This document shows positions 50,386 through 56,703 of a DNA stretch of 56,703 nucleotides, in pieces. This stretch comes from Spirulina sp. (lineage in GTDB: Bacteria; Cyanobacteriota; Cyanobacteriia; Phormidesmidales; Phormidesmidaceae): positions 1 to 56,703 of the forward strand of contig JBIPSI010000034.1 in assembly GCA_044070495.1 (NCBI GenBank), read 5' to 3'. The notes beneath the pieces are model-generated. The model was not told the origin of the DNA, made no database searches, and worked only from the letters and a program-made list of their open reading frames with translations. The translations under genes and the position numbers were made by a program. Each line of letters opens with the position of its first letter. Within the stretch, counting starts at the first letter, position 1.

Positions 50386-53358
50386 GTGTCTATGCCCCGT
50401 AAGCGCCCGTCCTCAAAAAAATCGTCGCCTCAGGACAATTCTGAACTCGCATCCCAATCGGGAATAGACGCTAGCAAAGCCCCCTTTCCGGTGGTGGGAA
50501 TTGGCGCTTCGGCAGGGGGCTTAGAGGCGTTTACGCAACTGCTCAGCCATCTTTCTGCCAATACCGGGATGGCATTTGTATTGGTGCAGCATTTAGACCC
50601 GAAGCAAAAAAGCTTGCTCAGTGAGATTTTGGCCCGCACCACGGCCATGCCCGTCCAGGAAGCTCAGGAAGGCATGGCTATTGCGCCGAACCAGGTCTAC
50701 GTGATTCCCCCCAATACCCTGATGACCTTGCGCCAAGGTTGCCTCCACCTCAGCCCTCGCAGTCCGGGCAGTCGAGTAAGTCGGGCAGTGGATATGCTGT
50801 TTAATTCCCTGGCTGAGGATCGGGGGAATCGGGCCATCGCCGTGATTTTGTCGGGGGGAGATCGAGATGGTAGCCAGGGCCTAGAGGCCATTAAAGCGGC
50901 TGGGGGCATCACCTTTGCCCAAACGGCAGACTCGGCTCAGGTCAGCAGTATGCCCAGTACCGCCATTGCGACGGGGCAGGTTGATTTTATCCTCTCCCCA
51001 GAGGCCATTGCCGATGAACTCACCCGCATCAGCCACCACCCCTACATCGCCGCGCCCACGGATCAGCCTGATCTCCCTGCTCTTCCCGCCACCCACGAAG
51101 ACGATTTTGTGGCCATTCTCCAACAACTCCAAACCGCCTTTGGGGTCGATTTTAGAGCCTACAAGCGCACCACCCTTCAGCGGCGCATTCAGCGGCGCAT
51201 GGCCCTGCACCACCTAGAAACCCTCGCGGATTATCGGCGGTATCTTGAGTCTCAGACCACCGAAATTCAAGCGTTATACGAAGAGATTTTGATCCATGTC
51301 ACCGGATTTTTTCGCGATCCGGAGGTGTTTAAAGTTCTCAAACGTGATATTTTTCCAACCTTACTAAGAGATCGCCCCCCGGAAGTACCGCTCCGTATTT
51401 GGGTGGCTGGGTGTTCCACCGGAGAAGAAGCCTATTCCATTGCCATCGTCTTACTAGAGTTTTTGGCTCACCAACCCCGCCAGCCCCAAATCCAAATTTT
51501 TGCCACCGATGTGAGTGAACGGGTGATAGAAAAGGCGCGATCCGGCGTGTATCTAGCCAGCCAGGTAGCGGATGTTTCTGCTGAGCGACTTCAGCGTTTT
51601 TTCGTGCCCATGGAAGGGGGCTATCAAATTAATAAAACGGTGCGAGAGCTATGTATCTTTGCCCGTCAAAATCTCGCTAGCGATCCGCCCTTTTCTCGGC
51701 TAGATCTCATTAGCTGCCGCAACGTCCTGATTTACTTTGGGGCAGCTCTACAACATAAAATACTACCCATGTTTCACTATGGGCTTAGGCCCAGCGGTTT
51801 TTTGCTGTTAGGTTCCGCCGAAACGGTGGGAGATTTTTCCTCGCTATTTCACCTCGTGAGCCGCACCCACAAGATCTACACCAAACAGCCTAGCCCACTC
51901 CTAATGCCCATGGAACTGAGTAGCCCCGTGTATGCGGCAGAACCCAGTCCCGCCCCTGCCGTTCCGGCGCTCCCCGCCGAAGCCAGCCTGTTGGAATTGG
52001 TGGATCAGGTGGTGCTAAGTCGCTATGCCCCGGTGGGCGTGGTGGTGAATAGCAACCTAGATATTGTGCAGTTTCGGGGCCAAACCGGAGCTTATCTAGC
52101 GCCATCGCCGGGGCAGGCTAGCCTCAATGTGTTGAGTATGGTGCGGGAGGAATTGCGCCTAGAACTGCGTACCTTGCTGCACCAAGTGCGCCAAACCGGG
52201 CAAGCCGCCACCAAGACAACCATCGCCCCGATTGCAGGCTCCCCTCGATCTGTGCAAATTGACGTCGATCTCGTTTCTAGAGAAACGGCGAATGAAACCT
52301 ATATTCTGATTCTCTTTACAGAGGTGAATACACCCTCCAGTGCTCCAGAGACAACGACCCTGGGGGATGCTGACTCCCCTAGCCAAGCCTCCACCGATTT
52401 TCAGCGCCTAGAACAGGATCTAAAAACGACGAAAGCCTACCTGCAATCCATCATTGAAGAGCAGGAAGCCACCAACCAAGATCTGAGAGCCGCCAACGAA
52501 GAAATTCTCTCTAGCAATGAAGAGCTGCAAAGCACCAATGAAGAGCTGCAAACCGCGAAGGAAGAGATTCAGGCCACCAATGAAGAACTGAGCACCATTA
52601 ATGATGAACTGTATCGGCGCAATGCCGAGACGATGCAGGTGAGTAACGACTTTCAAAATCTTCTCAGCAGCATCAACATTCCCATCCTGATGCTAGAGGC
52701 AGATCTCCGTATTCGTCGATTTACTCCCACCGCCGCTGCCCTCTTTAATCTCATTCCCAGCGATATTGGTCGCCCGCTAAGTGATATTAAACACAACCTC
52801 AACCTTGACGATCTAGAGGCTCAGATTTTAGAGGTAATTAGCACCTTGGTGATGAGAAATCAGGAGGTTCAAGACCACGCTGGCCACTGGTATGATCTGC
52901 GGATTCGTCCCTACCGTACCCTAGATGATCGCATTGATGGGGCGGTAGTAGTCTTGGTAGAAATCGATGCCTTAAAACGCAGCACCGAACAACTGAGAGA
53001 AGCCCGTGACTATGCCGATTCTATTGTACAAACGGTGCGAGAGGGGCTGGTTGTTCTGGATAGTCATTTAACTGTCGTTACGGCCAACCAGCGATTCTAT
53101 CGCATGTTCCAGGTTAATCCTGCGGAAACTGAGCATGTTTCTATTTTTGAGTTAGGCAACGGTCAGTGGAATATCCCCCAATTACGATCACTTCTGGAGG
53201 ATATTTTGCCTGAGAATTCCCAGGTTGAAGATTTTGTAATCGATCATGTCTTTGAATCTATTGGAGCTAAGAAAATGAGTCTTAATGCCTGCAAAATGCT
53301 TCTTTTTGAGGGGGGCGAACGAATTTTGCTGAGCATTGAAGAAGTGGTTGATAGCTAG
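50386..53358 (+). CDS. CheB methylesterase/CheR methyltransferase fusion with coiled coil and PAS domains
   Basis: GIGASAGG, VQHL; VTGFFRD, RIWVAGCSTGEEAYS, DLISCRNVLIYF; NEELQSTNEELQT coil; PAS domains; no kinase domain. Confidence 0.93.
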   Translation: MSMPRKRPSSKKSSPQDNSELASQSGIDASKAPFPVVGIGASAGGLEAFTQLLSHLSANTGMAFVLVQHLDPKQKSLLSEILARTTAMPVQEAQEGMAIAPNQVYVIPPNTLMTLRQGCLHLSPRSPGSRVSRAVDMLFNSLAEDRGNRAIAVILSGGDRDGSQGLEAIKAAGGITFAQTADSAQVSSMPSTAIATGQVDFILSPEAIADELTRISHHPYIAAPTDQPDLPALPATHEDDFVAILQQLQTAFGVDFRAYKRTTLQRRIQRRMALHHLETLADYRRYLESQTTEIQALYEEILIHVTGFFRDPEVFKVLKRDIFPTLLRDRPPEVPLRIWVAGCSTGEEAYSIAIVLLEFLAHQPRQPQIQIFATDVSERVIEKARSGVYLASQVADVSAERLQRFFVPMEGGYQINKTVRELCIFARQNLASDPPFSRLDLISCRNVLIYFGAALQHKILPMFHYGLRPSGFLLLGSAETVGDFSSLFHLVSRTHKIYTKQPSPLLMPMELSSPVYAAEPSPAPAVPALPAEASLLELVDQVVLSRYAPVGVVVNSNLDIVQFRGQTGAYLAPSPGQASLNVLSMVREELRLELRTLLHQVRQTGQAATKTTIAPIAGSPRSVQIDVDLVSRETANETYILILFTEVNTPSSAPETTTLGDADSPSQASTDFQRLEQDLKTTKAYLQSIIEEQEATNQDLRAANEEILSSNEELQSTNEELQTAKEEIQATNEELSTINDELYRRNAETMQVSNDFQNLLSSINIPILMLEADLRIRRFTPTAAALFNLIPSDIGRPLSDIKHNLNLDDLEAQILEVISTLVMRNQEVQDHAGHWYDLRIRPYRTLDDRIDGAVVVLVEIDALKRSTEQLREARDYADSIVQTVREGLVVLDSHLTVVTANQRFYRMFQVNPAETEHVSIFELGNGQWNIPQLRSLLEDILPENSQVEDFVIDHVFESIGAKKMSLNACKMLLFEGGERILLSIEEVVDS

Positions 53359-53403
53359 TTCTTGGCATCGTCAAGATTTGGCGAAAGAATCGCAGCTACG
53401 CCC

Positions 53404-53430
53404 ATAAGCCTGATAAGTCTGATAAGTCTG
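53404..53430. repeat. 9-bp tandem repeat ATAAG(C/T)CTG x3
   Basis: ATAAGCCTG ATAAGTCTG ATAAGTCTG. Confidence 0.7.
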
Positions 53431-53520
53431 GCGGGGGTGGGACAACCTCATAATCTCATTACGGGTAAATTTAGAGTTTTTATCCGCCCCTCACTCGGCC
53501 AAAAAGTACTAAAAATACTA

Positions 53521-53665
53521 TAGCGGATTTCACTTGGGCGAAGTACATGGCGGTGATCCCCCCTACCCCCCTTGATAAGGGGGGCACAGAGTGAAGCTTA
53601 GACGGCTAGGGACTGGGGGATCTAGAACCCAGCAATGGTGTATCTCACTCTATTGAGAACCGCTA
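53521..53665. mobile_element. TAGCGG-ended MITE A (TA-flanked) with GATCCCCC...GGGGGATC core (53555-53622)
   Basis: Imperfect TIRs TAGCGGATTTCACTTGGGCGAAGTACA / TGTATCTCACTCTATTGAGAACCGCTA; TA on both sides. Confidence 0.72.
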
Positions 53666-53667
53666 TA

Positions 53668-53810
53668 TAACGGTTCTCAATAGAGTGAGAACAAGCTTTA
53701 GGGCTTCAGATCCCCCTAGATTCTATCGGTAGTAGATTTACCTAACACCCCCCTTATTAAGGGGGGATGGGGGGGATCTTCACGGCGCACCCCATTCAAG
53801 TGAAACCCGC
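53668..53810. mobile_element. TAGCGG-ended MITE B, inverted relative to A, right end eroded; core 53709-53778
   Basis: TAACGGTTCTCAATAGAGTGAG...CATTCAAGTGAAACCCGC; nearly identical to C. Confidence 0.72.
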
Positions 53811-54104
53811 CAAAAAGTACTAAATGTATCTCAATAAGTTTTGATCTCAAGCTGTGTTACCGCTCGTCAATAAAAGGATAATAGAGCTATAAAGACGATG
53901 CAGGATTTTGTGGACCAAAGGTAACTACGTCCTAATAACATTCCAGGATGTATCATTTAATACCTGCTTGCTGATCCTGATCGATTTCTCTTTTTTCGCA
54001 GTCTTTTTTTAAAAAAACCTCTGCGAAAAATGTCGCCCTGTGGCGCTTCCCCGTCTTTATTATCTAACCTGGGTTTGTCGAGTTCCCAGGGTAGGTTCTG
54101 TCCA

Positions 54105-54249
54105 TAGCGGTTCTCGGTTTAGTGAGGTACAAGTTTTAGGGCTTCAGATCCCCCTAGATTCTATTGGTAGTAGATTTACCTGACACCCACCTTATTAAGG
54201 GGGGATGGGGGGATCTTCACGGTGTACCCCATTCAAGTGAAACTCGCTA
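54105..54249. mobile_element. TAGCGG-ended MITE C; core 54147-54215
   Basis: TAGCGGTTCTCGGTTTAGTGAGGTACA...TGTACCCCATTCAAGTGAAACTCGCTA followed by TA. Confidence 0.75.
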
Positions 54250-54323
54250 TATATCAATACCAATCTTGGTTCTGCCTATGATGACGTAGCTGACCAGCCT
54301 AAGTCGCAAGGTAGGAGGAATCC

Positions 54324-56201
54324 ATGGGAATGTCATCGCACATCGAAAAAGTGTATCAGCGGGCGTTAGCACTCCGGCAGCAGGCCCAGGAGTTGTCGAT
54401 GCAGCCAGACCTTTTAGATGATGCGCTCCAACAGCTTTATTTTGTCTTAGAAGAATTACAGGCTGCCGATGAAGAAATACAGCAGCAAAATCAAGCCTTA
54501 ATGGTGGCCCAGCAAACCCTGGAAATTGAGCGCCAGCGCTATGTCACGCTGTTTGAACTAGCGCCAGATGCCTATCTTGTGACCGATTGCCATGGTCTGA
54601 TTTACTATGCCAACCAAGCGGCGGCCATGCTGTACGGCATGTCCCAGGACTATCTGGCCCAGAAACCCCTGATCGTATTCATTGCGGAGGGGGATCGTCC
54701 CCATTTCCAAACCCGACTGGCGACCCCAGGGATGGTTCAAGATTGGGAAACCACCCTGCTGCGTCGCGATCAAGCCGCTGTTACGGTATCGATTTCGGTG
54801 GCGGTGCTGCAAAATTCCTTGGGGGAAGCCCATACCCTGCTGTGGCTACTGCGAGATATTACCCCGCGCAAACAGATGGAGCAGCAGTTGCAAGCCGCCC
54901 ACGATAATCTGGAACAACAGGTGACTATCCGCACGGCGGAACTGACGGTGGCCAATGCCCAACTTCAGCAAACCCTAGACGACTATCATCGGGCCGAGGC
55001 CCAGATTCGCTACCAGGCGGAGCTGATCGATCATGTGCCGGATGCCATTTATGTCCACGATGGGCAGGGCCGGGTCGAATTTTGGGGGCCAGGGGCCGAG
55101 CGGCTCTACGCTTGGTCACAGGCAGAGGCCCTCGGCCAAGTGATCGACGATCTGTTTCAGGAGGACTGGGAGACGCTGCGGTTACGCGGATCGCCATCCC
55201 AGCCGGAGCCAAATTTTTGGCAGGGGGAACTAAACCAGACAACCCAGGCGGGTCAATCGATTACGGTGCTCAGCCGTCGTACCCAGATCTATACCGACCC
55301 TGGGCAACCTCCATCGTTGCTGGTGGTGAATACCAACATCACCCCGCTCAAGCAGCTAGAGGCCCAAATGTACCGAGCCCAGCGCATCGAAAGCCTGGGC
55401 ATCCTGGCCAGTGGAGTGGCCCATGATCTCAATAATGCCCTTACCCCAGTGATCACGGCTGCCGATATCCTGCTGCTGCCAACGCAAGTCTTACCGGAGC
55501 CCGCCCGTGAGTTGGCGCGGTTAATCAAGTCGGGGGGGAAGCGCAGTGTTGATCTCATTCAGCAACTGTTGCTGTTTGCCCAGGGCACCCCCCATCAACA
55601 GCGGCCCCTGTGGCTGCGCCAGCCGTTGCTAGAGGTGGCCGAACTGCTGCGACCAGCCCTACCCAACTCTGTAGATCTGGTGTTGCACATCCCCCTAGAT
55701 TGGCCCTCTCGGGTGTTGGCCAACCTCACCCAACTGCAACAGGTATTTATGAATCTCTGCCTCAATGCCTGCGATGCCATGCCCCAGGGCGGTACCCTGA
55801 CCCTCTCCGTGACCGACCGTTGGATTGATGCGACCCTAGCCCAGGCCCACCTGGGGGCCAGGCCCGGCCACTATGGGGTGGTAACGGTGGGTGATACGGG
55901 CACAGGCATTGAACCCAGCCTGATGGATCAGGTCTTTGATCCCTTTTTTACGACGAAACCCCCCGGACAGGGCACGGGGTTGGGCCTTTCTACGGTGTTT
56001 AGCCTGGTGAAGCAGCATGGCGGCTTTCTTGAAGTCGAAAGCAAGGTTGGATTAGGGACAACCTTTTGGGTGTATTTACCAATTTTGGGTACCCTAGCTT
56101 CGGATGCCGACTTGCCCCCAGAGACCTCAACAACGGCTGACAGTCAGGCAGATTGTGCACCCTCCAACACGGGCACACCCTACGATACCGAGCAGCCCTG
56201 A
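54324..56201 (+). CDS. Cytoplasmic PAS-PAS sensor histidine kinase
   Basis: AGGAGG RBS; coiled coil, two PAS domains, GVAHDLNN, QVFMNLC.NA.DAM, DTGTGI, FDPFFTTK, GTGLGL. Confidence 0.93.
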   Translation: MGMSSHIEKVYQRALALRQQAQELSMQPDLLDDALQQLYFVLEELQAADEEIQQQNQALMVAQQTLEIERQRYVTLFELAPDAYLVTDCHGLIYYANQAAAMLYGMSQDYLAQKPLIVFIAEGDRPHFQTRLATPGMVQDWETTLLRRDQAAVTVSISVAVLQNSLGEAHTLLWLLRDITPRKQMEQQLQAAHDNLEQQVTIRTAELTVANAQLQQTLDDYHRAEAQIRYQAELIDHVPDAIYVHDGQGRVEFWGPGAERLYAWSQAEALGQVIDDLFQEDWETLRLRGSPSQPEPNFWQGELNQTTQAGQSITVLSRRTQIYTDPGQPPSLLVVNTNITPLKQLEAQMYRAQRIESLGILASGVAHDLNNALTPVITAADILLLPTQVLPEPARELARLIKSGGKRSVDLIQQLLLFAQGTPHQQRPLWLRQPLLEVAELLRPALPNSVDLVLHIPLDWPSRVLANLTQLQQVFMNLCLNACDAMPQGGTLTLSVTDRWIDATLAQAHLGARPGHYGVVTVGDTGTGIEPSLMDQVFDPFFTTKPPGQGTGLGLSTVFSLVKQHGGFLEVESKVGLGTTFWVYLPILGTLASDADLPPETSTTADSQADCAPSNTGTPYDTEQP

Positions 56202-56241
56202 CGACTCTGCCCTATACAGCCCCAATGGCGGTGAGAACCTA

Positions 56242-56569
56242 ATGGAGATGGAGTTAAAGATAGAAGCGATCTATCAACGCGCCTTGGCTCTACAGCAACG
56301 GGCTAGCGAAACCCCGATACAGGCCGATCTCTTAGCCACGGCCCTGCACGACCTGCACGGCGTCCTAGAGGAGTTACGGGCCGCCCAGGAGGAATTGTTG
56401 CAGCAAAATCAAGCGCTGGTAGAGGCCCATCAAACCATCGAACTCGAACGCCAACGCTACCAAGATCTATTTAACTTGGCCCCCCAAGCCTACCTGGTCA
56501 CCGATGCCACGGGCCAAATTCAAGAAGCCAACCATGCGATGGCGATCCTGCTCAATCGCCCCCCATCCT
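56242..56569 (+). pseudogene. 5' part of a paralogous coiled-coil/PAS signalling gene, interrupted by an IS
   Basis: IEAIYQRALALQQ...LEELRAAQEEL...ERQRY..LF.LAP.AYLVTD parallels the 54324 protein; similarity stops at about 56569 and the frame reads on into the IS to a stop at 56640. Confidence 0.8.
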
Positions 56570-56703
56570 CAGTAGATCACAAACTCATGTGGATATCGGT
56601 AGATAGACAGCCTGGGCGAGGGGGAAATGTCGTTCAATGACTTGGCGGATGAAGGAGAGCATGGTTTTGAGTGGGAAACGCTCTCGAAAGACCCGTCTGC
56701 CGC
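56570..56703 (-). mobile_element. Right end of an ISH3-like insertion sequence with transposase C-terminus (stop 56587-56585), continuing beyond the window
   Basis: Terminus CAGTAGATCACAAAC; minus strand reads GRRVFRERFPLKTMLSFIRQVIERHFPLAQAVYLPIST*, resembling cyanobacterial ISH3-family transposase ends. Confidence 0.7.

Overview
This is a chromosomal window from a GC-rich (visually about 55-60%) cyanobacterium; CRR7, a phycobilisome-linker-domain protein, XisI and the cyanobacterial repeat families support that assignment. It begins in the promoter/leader of an rRNA operon that runs leftwards out of the window. It is mostly housekeeping genes: cysK, lepB, ribE, relA/spoT, 1-Cys peroxiredoxin, minC, ruvB, sdhC, tyrS, PBP1A and purL, plus a DUF4129-DUF4350-MoxR-DUF58 operon. 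Accessory material includes an AT-richer island at about 37.4-41.0 kb (an LRAT/papain-like gene pair, a frameshifted YhcG nuclease, XisI, a ParE-type toxin-antitoxin pair and a truncated antitoxin) and a lone membrane-anchored coiled-coil protein with a RelE-like tail. At the right end is a CheB/CheR-fusion plus PAS-kinase cluster whose last gene is cut by an ISH3-like IS. Most notable: (1) two Rpn/DUF2887 paralogs that both carry an internal TATACT box, an AGGAG RBS and an in-frame ATG, a candidate gene-within-gene antitoxin; (2) one GATCCCCC...GGGGGATC hairpin cassette found inside three unrelated MITE shells and also translated in frame inside proteins; (3) a CheB/CheR fusion with no chemoreceptor in the window, next to kinases carrying MCP-like EExxAA motifs; (4) apparent absence of HIP1 with strong CTAG enrichment. 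All calls come from reading the sequence by eye; no searches were run.
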